Source: Pseudomonadota bacterium
GTDB lineage: Bacteria > Desulfobacterota > Desulfobacteria > Desulfobacterales > JAHIVH01
Assembly: GCA_018816735.1 (NCBI GenBank)
Contig: JAHIVH010000085.1
Coordinates: forward strand, 18,066 to 82,065
Direction: 5' to 3'
DNA: 64,000 bases
The notes under the pieces are model-generated. The model ran no database searches, had not been told where the DNA came from, and was given only the letters and a program-made list of their open reading frames with translations. The position numbers were made by a program, and so were the translations under genes. Below, piece after piece: positions 56,123 to 64,000 of the stretch; within the stretch, counting starts at the first letter, position 1; every line of letters begins with the position of its first letter.

Positions 56123-57465
56123 AAAAAACATTTGAATATATTGTCGTGGGCTCAGGCCCTGGCGGAGCGCCGGTCGCCCTTGAACTGGCAAAAGCGGGAA
56201 AACAGGTTTTGGTTCTTGAACGCGGGGCCTACCATAAAAAATTTCTGGGATTTCCTTTGGGTGCCCGTTTATCTGAACGGTTTTTCTGTTTTAACCGTTC
56301 GAAGGAGGGCGTGATTCTGGAACGGGGGCTGACCGTGGGGGGATCGTCGATGATCTACCAGGGAAATGTTTTTGATCCGCCCGAATTCCTAATAAAAAAA
56401 ATGGGGCTTGACTTCAGACAGGAAGCGGAGGATCTGAAAAAGGAAATCGGCGTAAAAACATTGCCCGCCCATTTTTACAATCGGCTTTCAAATGGTGGCA
56501 AAAGATTGATGGCAGCGGCAGAAGAACTGGGCATGCCATTTTTGGAGCAGGAGAAATTTGTCAATCCGGATAAATGCAAACCGGGGTGCGACTGGTGCAT
56601 GATGGGCTGCCCCCATGATGCCAAATGGACCACAAGACGGCTGATTGAAGACGGCTTGAATCATTACAAACAAACATTTACATTGATGGTGTCAAGCCCG
56701 GTGGAACGGATTCTTTTTAATCCGCAGGGCAACCGGGCAACCGGTGTGGTCCTGAAAAACGGCCAGCAGATTATGGGAGAGAACATTATCCTTGCTGCCG
56801 GCGGCATCGGTAGCGCAGGCATTCTTATACGTTCGGGTGTTGATAAGGCCGGCAAACGCTTTTTCATGGATCCCATGACGATTCTTTTCGGGATCAGTAA
56901 ATATGATGATGGCGGTGCATGGGGAGAACAGACATTTACCCATGCCATAGAATCGTTTGCGGAAACAGAAGGGTTTATGATCGGAAACAGTGCGGCATTT
57001 GGAACGTGGCTTGTCATGTGTGGCACAAGAATTGACTCCGCAGCCAGGACCTTGTTCAAGGCCCCTTTTGTAAAAAGAGGCATGGGGCTTTTTGTGAAAC
57101 TGGCTGAGGACGATAAGGGAGAGATATATCCCAACGAAAGGACGAGCAAGCCCATGACAGAAAATGATATCCGGCGAATGCAGAAAGGAATTGACATCGC
57201 AAGTGAACTGATGGTTAAGGCAGGTGTCATGCCATCGAGTATTTCAACGTTGAAATGGGCTGGCGGGCATCCCGGCGGCACTATAGAGATGGGAAAGCTG
57301 GTCAATCGGTCATTCCAGTCGGATATGGACAATCTCTATGTATGTGATGCCAGTGTGTTCCCCGTATCTCCGGGATCTCCTCCCAGTTTGTCTGTGATGG
57401 CCATGTCCCGGCTTCTTTCCAAATTTCTCCTGGGAAAAGTAACACCGGAAGAAAGATATGTTTGA
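56119..57465 (+). CDS. GMC-family FAD-dependent oxidoreductase (short form)
   Basis: Dinucleotide fold YIVVGSGPGGAPVALELAKAGKQVLVLERG and the GMC C-terminal signature LYVCDASVFPVSPGSPPSLSVMAMS. ATGA overlap with the upstream gene. Confidence 0.85.
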   Translation: MKKTFEYIVVGSGPGGAPVALELAKAGKQVLVLERGAYHKKFLGFPLGARLSERFFCFNRSKEGVILERGLTVGGSSMIYQGNVFDPPEFLIKKMGLDFRQEAEDLKKEIGVKTLPAHFYNRLSNGGKRLMAAAEELGMPFLEQEKFVNPDKCKPGCDWCMMGCPHDAKWTTRRLIEDGLNHYKQTFTLMVSSPVERILFNPQGNRATGVVLKNGQQIMGENIILAAGGIGSAGILIRSGVDKAGKRFFMDPMTILFGISKYDDGGAWGEQTFTHAIESFAETEGFMIGNSAAFGTWLVMCGTRIDSAARTLFKAPFVKRGMGLFVKLAEDDKGEIYPNERTSKPMTENDIRRMQKGIDIASELMVKAGVMPSSISTLKWAGGHPGGTIEMGKLVNRSFQSDMDNLYVCDASVFPVSPGSPPSLSVMAMSRLLSKFLLGKVTPEERYV

Positions 57466-57503
57466 AAAGAGCCTGGATAAATTTTAAAGATTGAGAAAAG
57501 AAA

Positions 57504-58907
57504 ATGAACAAGACAAAGAAGACACTCAAGCCCTTTGAGCTCTTGAACTACCACATGGATCTGAAAATCGATATTCTCCAGTTCCTTTTTAAATTTCCCC
57601 GTTTCCTGAACGGATTTCTATTTTTTCTAAGACCGATTTATCTTAAGAAAGAAACGGCCTGGAATAAAAGATTCAGGTGGCTTTTTCTGGTTCTGGGTGC
57701 CGGAAAAGCAGATACCCTGGAATTAAAGGCCATGAGCCATGCCCTTTATGCGGTTACGGATAATTTTTTTGAAGTCAAGGCTGCAAAAAAAAATCGTGAG
57801 AAAATTGTCTGGGTGGAGTGGATTCTAAACCCTGAGATATGCGAAGCCTTTGATCTTGTTTCATTTAACCCGGAAGTATTGAATGTGTTTGCCAATTCAA
57901 AAGGCATGGAATACCCGCCGATGATTATAGAGGCTGCCGAAAATCAGGGCACGCCCATTGAAAACTGTTCTGCCCAGAAGCTCGCGGTAGGTTCCCTGAT
58001 TCTGGAGCAGATCCCCAAGCCGTCTTTGATTCTGGGAGGATCGCATCCGTGTGATACCAGCATATCCATTTATCAGACCCTTGAATATCTGACAGGTGCG
58101 CCTTCCTATATTATGGATTTCCCCTACTGGAAGGATGAAGATTCCTACCGGTATTATGAAAAAAATACCTGGGAGCTACTTTCATTTCTAAAAAAGGAAA
58201 CCGGAAAGGACGTTGACTGGGACAAGTTAAAAACACTTCTTGACCGTGTTAATCAGATCAACAATTACCTCCGGGAAATTTGCGAGATGTCCAGAGCCAA
58301 ACCCTGCCCGTCTTCAAATTCCCTGTTGGCGCTGGCCTGGGCCATAAGGGAAGTGAATCTAAGGTCACCTCATATGTTGAGCATGGTGAAGGCAATGCAT
58401 CAACTGGTTCGGAAACGGTATGAAAAGGGAGAGGGCGTCGTAAAAAAAGAAAAATTGAGAATTCTGTTATGGTTCCCCCCCATACCGTTTTTCTTTTATT
58501 ATTTTAAATGGATGGAAGAAAATTTCGGCGCAGTGATTGTGGCGGATTTTATCGGTTATGTCTCTACCGTCCATATTGATACGTCTTCAAAAGAAACCAT
58601 GATAAGAGATCTGGCCATATCGCAGATGCATCTTGCCATGGGACGTCAATGCCACGGTCCTATGGAATTTATCACAGACGAGATGCTCAAGCTGATCGAT
58701 GAGTATGAGCCGGACTGCATGATATTCTCCGGACACAATGGCTGCAAACACGGGTGGGCAGGATTGAAAATCATTCAGGATATATGCCGCGGCAAAGACC
58801 TCCCCGTCCTTTACCTGAATCTGGATATTATGGATAAAAGACACACATCTGAAGAGGAAATCAAAAAGCAAACAATTACCTTTTTCAAAAGTCATGGATG
58901 GGCATGA
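57504..58907 (+). CDS. BcrB/BzdO/HgdA-type subunit of an ATP-dependent radical CoA-ester enzyme
   Basis: 467 aa. NCSAQK, SHPCDTS and GHNGCKHGW blocks, with overall collinearity to the 41974 protein. Confidence 0.85.
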   Translation: MNKTKKTLKPFELLNYHMDLKIDILQFLFKFPRFLNGFLFFLRPIYLKKETAWNKRFRWLFLVLGAGKADTLELKAMSHALYAVTDNFFEVKAAKKNREKIVWVEWILNPEICEAFDLVSFNPEVLNVFANSKGMEYPPMIIEAAENQGTPIENCSAQKLAVGSLILEQIPKPSLILGGSHPCDTSISIYQTLEYLTGAPSYIMDFPYWKDEDSYRYYEKNTWELLSFLKKETGKDVDWDKLKTLLDRVNQINNYLREICEMSRAKPCPSSNSLLALAWAIREVNLRSPHMLSMVKAMHQLVRKRYEKGEGVVKKEKLRILLWFPPIPFFFYYFKWMEENFGAVIVADFIGYVSTVHIDTSSKETMIRDLAISQMHLAMGRQCHGPMEFITDEMLKLIDEYEPDCMIFSGHNGCKHGWAGLKIIQDICRGKDLPVLYLNLDIMDKRHTSEEEIKKQTITFFKSHGWA

Positions 58908-59712
58908 ATTGATATTTGCAGGATTGGATATAGGGTCTCTTACAGCCAAAGCAGTTCTCCTTGAAAACGATATCATGATTGCATCCGCTATCATTCGGGT
59001 CCGGCCATCAGCCCTGGATTCTGCAAAAGACGTGATGAATGCCGTGATAATGGAAAAAGGATTGTCAGAACAAGATATTGCCTGCTGTTGCGCCACCGGG
59101 TATGGCAGGCTTGATATTCCCTTTGCCGATCTCAATATGAGTGAAATTTCATGCCATGGCATGGGGGCTTTTTTCACCGATAACGGCATTCGGACGATTA
59201 TCGATATTGGCGGTCAGGACTGCAAGGTGATTGTTGTCAATGAAAAGGGCTTGATCAAAGATTTTATCATGAATGACAAGTGCGCGGCAGGAACCGGCAG
59301 ATCCCTTGAAATGCTCGCCAAAACCTTAGATGTTCCCTTGTCTTCACTGGGTCCATTGACATTGAAGTCCTGGCGTCCTATTGATATTACCAACAAATGC
59401 AGCATTTTTATGGAACTCGAAGTGCTGGACGCCTTATACAGCGGGAAGAAGCTTACGCACATCGCTGCTGGCCTTTCAGATGCAGTGGCCAAGCGGGTGG
59501 CCTCCCTTTCGGCAAGTGTACAGATGGAAAACCCGGTTTGTGTGACAGGCGGTGTTTCCAAAAACAAGGGGGTTTTGAAGTTTCTGGAAAAACGCATGCA
59601 AAGAACGTTTGTAGTGCTTCCGGTCGATCCCCAGATTGCTGGCGCACTGGGTGCTGCTGTGTTTGCCATGAGGTCATTTGAAAAAAAAGAAAAGGAAGCG
59701 TTCAGGAAATGA
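58894..59712 (+). CDS. BcrAD_BadFG-type ATPase subunit 1 (BzdP/BcrD/HgdC-like)
   Basis: FAGLDIGSLTAK, DIGGQDCK, NDKCAAGTGRSLE and NKCSIFMELEV. Overlaps the upstream gene by 14 nt. Confidence 0.9.
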   Translation: MDGHELIFAGLDIGSLTAKAVLLENDIMIASAIIRVRPSALDSAKDVMNAVIMEKGLSEQDIACCCATGYGRLDIPFADLNMSEISCHGMGAFFTDNGIRTIIDIGGQDCKVIVVNEKGLIKDFIMNDKCAAGTGRSLEMLAKTLDVPLSSLGPLTLKSWRPIDITNKCSIFMELEVLDALYSGKKLTHIAAGLSDAVAKRVASLSASVQMENPVCVTGGVSKNKGVLKFLEKRMQRTFVVLPVDPQIAGALGAAVFAMRSFEKKEKEAFRK

Positions 59713-60518
59713 TCACCGCAGGCATTGATGTGGGGACCCGGTTTTTAAAAATCGCCATTGTGGAAGATTCCCGTCTTCTGGGAGCATCCTGCCTGGAAAT
59801 GAACCGGCAGTTCAAAAAGGTTTTCAATGCTGGGCTGGATATGGCTGTTGACGATGCAGAGCGGCAATCAGGACATCGGATAAAGAAACGGCACATCAAA
59901 AAAATGATGGCAACCGGATATGGCGCCCATCTGGTCAAGAAAGCCAACAGGATAGTCAAAGAATCGGTTTGCAGTGCTTTAGGCGCGCATGCCCTGAATC
60001 CGAATATCAAAACCGTCATCAACGCGGGTGGCTTTTTTATTCGTGTGGTTACCCTGGGCGACAACGGTCTGCCCAAGGAAGAAGCGATCAATGAAAAATG
60101 TGCCGCAGGAAGCGGCAAATTCCTGGAAATGATTGCCGGAGCCATTGATATGCCATTTAATCAGATTTCGTTTCATGCCGGACGGTCAGAGAGTCCCTTT
60201 ACCCTGACCAACAGCTGTGCGGTATTTGCCGAAAGCGATGTCATCAGCCAGTTGAACGCCGGCTGCCTGCCCGAGGACATTATTGCCGGTGTGATTCAGT
60301 CGATCGTCAATAAGACAATCACACTCCTGAACAGCGCAAATGCCGTATCGCCTGTATGCGTCACAGGTGGCCTTGCGGAAGTCTCTTTCTATACGTCACT
60401 TCTTTCTGAAATGACAGGCCATGAAATTGTTATCCCCGATATACATCCTCAGCTCTTACCTGCCTATGGCGCCGCACTGGCGGCCCGTATAAAACAAAAC
60501 GGCACGGGTTCATCCTGA
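59709..60518 (+). CDS. BcrAD_BadFG-type ATPase subunit 2 (BzdQ/BcrA-like)
   Basis: ITAGIDVGTRFLK, NEKCAAGSGKFLE and NSCAVFAESDVIS. More divergent than subunit 1 (INAGG in place of DIGGQD). ATGA overlap with subunit 1. Confidence 0.85.
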   Translation: MITAGIDVGTRFLKIAIVEDSRLLGASCLEMNRQFKKVFNAGLDMAVDDAERQSGHRIKKRHIKKMMATGYGAHLVKKANRIVKESVCSALGAHALNPNIKTVINAGGFFIRVVTLGDNGLPKEEAINEKCAAGSGKFLEMIAGAIDMPFNQISFHAGRSESPFTLTNSCAVFAESDVISQLNAGCLPEDIIAGVIQSIVNKTITLLNSANAVSPVCVTGGLAEVSFYTSLLSEMTGHEIVIPDIHPQLLPAYGAALAARIKQNGTGSS

Positions 60519-60558
60519 TGTTTTTATGGTTGTTCCAAAAAACGGAAATATATGTTTC

Positions 60559-60597
60559 AGGGCTCACGCAAATTTATTTTTGGGTGAGCCCTTTTTA
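60559..60597. terminator. Bidirectional Rho-independent terminator between convergent operons
   Basis: Stem agggctcac (60559-60567) pairing with gtgagccct (60584-60592), followed by ttttag. A T/A-rich loop allows function on both strands. Confidence 0.75.
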
Positions 60598-60598
60598 G

Positions 60599-61762
60599 TT
60601 ACATCACATAGCCTGAAATAATTTCTTTCATGATTTCCGTGGTGCCGCCGCCTATGGAGAGAATGCGGTTGTCACGGTAGAGTCGTTCCACAAGGGTCTC
60701 TCTCATGAACCCATAGCCGCCAAATATCTGCACTGCATCATAGGTGACCTTGTCGCTGATCTGACAGGCAAAATTTTTAGCCATGGACACCTCTTTCAAC
60801 TGATCGACACCGGCATTCATTTTTGCGGCGACTCTGTAAGTAAATTCCCGGCTGGCTTCTACAAGCGTTGCCATATCCACGAGCTTGTGGCGGGTGACCT
60901 GAAATCCGTTCAGGCGCTTTCCGAACGCTTCCCTGGTTTTGGCATATTTGATGGCTTCTTCAAGGGCAAGCTGCGCGGTCATATTGGCCATGACACAGAG
61001 CATGAGCCGTTCCATCTGGAAATTTTCCATGATGATATAAAATCCCTTGTTCTCCTCTCCAATACGGTTTGCAACAGGGACCCTGCAGTTGTCAAAAAAG
61101 ATTTCCGCCGTGTCGGATGCCCACCAGCCCATTTTCTTGAGCGCCCGGCCGACCTTGTATCCGGGCATATTTTTTTCCATGACCAGAAAACTGATGCCAT
61201 GGGCGCCTTCGCCACCGGTCCTGACGGCACAGGTGAGATGATCTGCGCGCACGCCTGTTGTAATAAAAGTTTTACTGCCGTTTACGATGTAATGATCGCC
61301 ATCTCTTACAGCAGTTGTTTTGAGATTGGCCACATCCGACCCGCCTGACGGTTCGGTGATGCCAAGGGCTGCCATTTTTTCTCCAATGAGAACGGGTTTT
61401 ACGAATTTATCCTTCTGTTCCGGTGTTCCGTGCCTGATGATAGGCGGAAGGGCAATACCAAAAGAACCGATACCTGACACCAGTCCCGCTGATCCGCATC
61501 TCATCATTTCTTCATTAAAAACGATAGCTGTAAACACATCACCTTCTGCGCCACCCAGCTCTTCGGGCATCCCTATGCCCAGATAACCCAGATCCGCCAT
61601 CTTTTTATATATGTCCACCGGATATCCACCAGCTTCTTCCCATTCAGCAACATGAGGCGTGATTTCCTTTTTTACGAATTCGCGAAGTGCTTTCCTGAAA
61701 AGCTGATGTTCTTTTCCAAAATACTCCTGACAGGTATTTGAGGTACTGGCTCCAATCGTCAT
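60599..61762 (-). CDS. Acyl-CoA dehydrogenase (IVD/LCAD-type catalytic base arrangement)
   Basis: 387 aa. GITEPSGGSD and QIFGGYGFM motifs. The C-terminal IGGGTTEIM has Gly where MCAD has the catalytic Glu of YEGT, while a Glu sits in NFQMERL at the IVD-type position. Confidence 0.9.
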   Translation of the reverse strand: MTIGASTSNTCQEYFGKEHQLFRKALREFVKKEITPHVAEWEEAGGYPVDIYKKMADLGYLGIGMPEELGGAEGDVFTAIVFNEEMMRCGSAGLVSGIGSFGIALPPIIRHGTPEQKDKFVKPVLIGEKMAALGITEPSGGSDVANLKTTAVRDGDHYIVNGSKTFITTGVRADHLTCAVRTGGEGAHGISFLVMEKNMPGYKVGRALKKMGWWASDTAEIFFDNCRVPVANRIGEENKGFYIIMENFQMERLMLCVMANMTAQLALEEAIKYAKTREAFGKRLNGFQVTRHKLVDMATLVEASREFTYRVAAKMNAGVDQLKEVSMAKNFACQISDKVTYDAVQIFGGYGFMRETLVERLYRDNRILSIGGGTTEIMKEIISGYVM

Positions 61763-62121
61763 TCTGGTTTCCTTTTTACGTATTCATAATAAAAACAAAA
61801 GTCTAGATTTTGTTCACCATAAAAATCTTATTCGAAAATTAAATATGATTCAATAAAATGTCAAGATATTAGTTACTCATGTGTAAAAAATTATATTAAC
61901 TTTATATTTTCAGATAGTTAAAATGAATTAAACCAGCCAAAAACAGGCGCGGTTTCAGGTATTTTTTAGCCAAAAATGTGAATTTGTAAGTTACTAAATC
62001 ATTAATCATATATAATTTTTCGAACACTCACGATCTTTAAACAGGAAGGATTGTTTAACCGTGTATTCTCAATGCCCTTCGGTGTATATTGGCACCACCC
62101 TGTTTTTAAGGCACGGTTGGG

Positions 62122-63339
62122 TTAGCCCTTTAATACCCTCAGTAACCTGAAGATATCATTATCATCCATGATCTTGGGTACAGGGTAGGGAATGCATTCC
62201 CAATGGATGGAATGGGCAATTTCCTTGAAATCAGATTCCTTGAGTTCAGGAATGGTTGCATCTATGCCGTATGCTTGGTTCATCGTGCGAATGGCTTCAA
62301 TAAAAGCTTTTGTTTTTTGGGCATCGCTCATAGAGGGGTGTGAGATATTGATGATATCAGCCAGTCTGGCCAGACGCTTTTCAACTGTTTTGCCATAGAA
62401 ATCAAAAACAGCAGGCATAACCGCTCCAATCACCCGGCCGTGAGGCAAATTGTACATATTGCCGATTTTATGCGCAAACGGATGAACATAACCTGTCAAG
62501 GAACGGTTGAGTACAATGCCCCCATAATAGGAGGCCATCATCATTTGACTGCGAGCCACTATATCCTTGCCATTCTTATTGACCTTGTCGATATTATCGA
62601 AAATCATTCTGATCGCCACCTCTGAATAGATATCGGACGTCTGGCAGTGTGCGCTGCCGATATATCCCTCTATAACATGGGAGAGCGCATCAATGGCGGT
62701 AATCGTCGTAAGAAAGGGGGGCAAACCAAGGGTAAGTTCAGGATCAAGTATGATGAAATGTGGGTGGATCATGAAGTCATTTATTGTATACTTGGTGTTT
62801 TTTTTGGGGTCGGTTATAACCCCTGCGCTGGTGGTTTCAGCGCCTGTGCCTGAAGTTGTGGGCACGGCGAAGATACGCGGTACCTTTTTGGGGATGGGAA
62901 GCATGATCTTGAAGTATCCGCCTAGTTTATCCGCAGTCAGGTTGGGTCTTACAACGCGACCGGCAACGACTTTGGCACAGTCCATTGATGAGCCGCCACC
63001 AAAGCCTATTACGGCGTCGCAGCCATTTTTCAGATAGAGCGCATATGCATCCTCTATATTGTCAACCGAAGGATTCGGCTGCACGCCGTCATATATTGCG
63101 TAAGACATGCCGATCTCATCGAATGCTGCAAACAGCTTATCAAGGAGCCTTATCTCCATCAGTATGGAATCGGTAACGATTAAGGGCTTTCGAATCCCCT
63201 GGGTTTTAATCAGGGCGGGAAGTTTCTTGACACTCCCCGGACCCTGCAGCAATTCGCTTGTCTGGGGAGGGATCAGATACATAGAATAGGCCAGGGTTGT
63301 CTTCAATGCTTTGAGCAGCGGTTTTCTAAAAGGCATCAT
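62122..63339 (-). CDS. Iron-containing (group III) alcohol dehydrogenase
   Basis: 405 aa. GFGGGSSMDCAK, PTTSGTGAE and metal-binding His contexts (ALSHVIEGY, HPFAHK). Confidence 0.9.
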   Translation of the reverse strand: MMPFRKPLLKALKTTLAYSMYLIPPQTSELLQGPGSVKKLPALIKTQGIRKPLIVTDSILMEIRLLDKLFAAFDEIGMSYAIYDGVQPNPSVDNIEDAYALYLKNGCDAVIGFGGGSSMDCAKVVAGRVVRPNLTADKLGGYFKIMLPIPKKVPRIFAVPTTSGTGAETTSAGVITDPKKNTKYTINDFMIHPHFIILDPELTLGLPPFLTTITAIDALSHVIEGYIGSAHCQTSDIYSEVAIRMIFDNIDKVNKNGKDIVARSQMMMASYYGGIVLNRSLTGYVHPFAHKIGNMYNLPHGRVIGAVMPAVFDFYGKTVEKRLARLADIINISHPSMSDAQKTKAFIEAIRTMNQAYGIDATIPELKESDFKEIAHSIHWECIPYPVPKIMDDNDIFRLLRVLKG

Positions 63340-63501
63340 TTCAACATGTTCTCCTTTCTTTTCATTTAAAAAAAATATTTATTAGTTCACCTCAAGGACC
63401 ACACCTAACGATCGATATTATTTCATATCTTGTTGAATTCGCGCCTGACCATACATCTCATTGGATGCAGTGTAAACATTTAAGACTGAAAGTGCATTTT
63501 T

Positions 63502-63834
63502 TTACTTATTGATAATGTTTTGTATCATGTTAAAGGTTTTCTGATTTAAAAATTTGTTAGCCACCAGCGAGCACCGCTCATCTGAAAGTGAAAAACGAAG
63601 GAACCGGAAATGAAGACGATCAAATGCGATTTTATACAGTCCGATCAGGTCTGCACCCCATGTGAACGCCCCCCCACTTGTCATTGCAGGGAAGCTGCCC
63701 AAAGGTGAACTGGTTGTCATGGACTGCAACCACTTTGAACCCTGCACAGGAGAAATGTTTGAGTGATTTGTTGAGAAGCAGGCCGGATTTTTGAAAGCGC
63801 ATCTGCTATGAGCCGGGTCATTCAACCTGTTCAT
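63502..63834 (-). CDS. Doubtful ORF (110 aa); coding status unresolved
   Basis: The only ORF of 60 aa or more in the 660-nt end region, but the composition is atypical and no motif is recognisable. A small Cys-rich ORF on the opposite strand (63610-63708) competes with it. Confidence 0.25.
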   Translation of the reverse strand: MNRLNDPAHSRCAFKNPACFSTNHSNISPVQGSKWLQSMTTSSPLGSFPAMTSGGAFTWGADLIGLYKIAFDRLHFRFLRFSLSDERCSLVANKFLNQKTFNMIQNIINK

Positions 63835-63890
63835 CCTTTATATTTGTCTTTGTGAAGGGAGCCTTCCTGGATGGGAAAGCAACACGCATA

Positions 63891-63936
63891 TGTAACATGT
63901 TACAAATTGTAATATTACATATTGTATAATATGACA
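63891..63936. promoter_or_regulatory. Cluster of three adjacent TGTA-type palindromes (candidate operator array)
   Basis: TGTAACATGTTACA (63891-63904, a perfect 14-mer palindrome), TGTAATATTACA (63908-63919, a perfect 12-mer) and TGTATAATATGACA (63923-63936, imperfect). Confidence 0.4.
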
Positions 63937-64000
63937 AGTGCATCAGGTTCCATTCAACGCCCATCTTTTCTAATACTTTGAAATTATGATAAATTATTTT

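Noticed and set aside
62085-62105. TGGCAC-N5-TGTTT near the Fe-ADH 3' end, considered as a sigma54 promoter.
   Set aside because: The -12 GC element is missing. The site points into the 3' end of a convergent gene, and no enhancer-binding protein is encoded nearby.
1-64000. A search for rRNA, tRNA, tmRNA, CRISPR arrays, transposases, integrases, phage genes and recognisable defence or toxin-antitoxin modules.
   Set aside because: The intergenic gaps are short or AT-rich and lack tRNA-like GC-rich cloverleaf segments. No ORF shows DDE, tyrosine/serine recombinase, Cas or restriction-modification motifs. The accessory islands therefore show no visible mobility genes within this window.

Overview
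This is a dense, prokaryotic, almost fully coding 64-kb window. I saw no rRNA, tRNA, CRISPR array, transposase or integrase. Gene content suggests an anaerobic Desulfobacterota-like (deltaproteobacterial) chromosome: a split atpZ-I-B-E operon, several HgdC/BcrAD-type activase ATPases and a MauE-rhodanese pair. That assignment is inference only, because no similarity search was possible. All family calls rest on motifs read from the supplied translations. About 1-37 kb is housekeeping. It holds a Kdo/LPS operon joined to licD and nucleotidyltransferase genes, then yicC-remA-gmk, rlmB, icd, comF, pgeF, pyrK and atpZIBE. It also holds a B12-type radical SAM gene, a YeiP/EfpL-type EF-P paralogue, a PilB/GspE ATPase fused to a cNMP-binding domain, a PBP, metG, holB, an IHF-like gene, a NusG paralogue, lptD, tmk, a monocistronic ferredoxin, ogt, ychF and an MCP. 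About 37-64 kb is accessory and is the most interesting part. Module (i) is an AraC-controlled HgdCAB-like radical dehydratase operon with an insertion-bearing crotonase, bracketed by two paralogous SDR genes (38.0-45.2 kb). Module (ii) is a secreted envelope operon of lipoprotein, a mini RCC1-like ORF, an OM beta-barrel and an 8-bladed propeller (45.2-48.4 kb). Module (iii) is a second CoA-ester island (48.7-63.3 kb). It encodes a FATP-like acyl-CoA synthetase, a Kv channel, an OYE flavoprotein and a ThDP enzyme. These sit divergent from a four-subunit Bcr/Bzd-like ATP-dependent radical enzyme operon that carries an embedded GMC flavoprotein gene, followed by an acyl-CoA dehydrogenase and an Fe-ADH. 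My best candidate for an undescribed system is the five-gene Bzd-like/GMC operon together with its flanking enzymes. The first dehydratase module is the second candidate. Smaller oddities are a REP-like intergenic element family, two homopolymer tracts that separate good start codons from plausible ORFs, and clustered palindromic operators.
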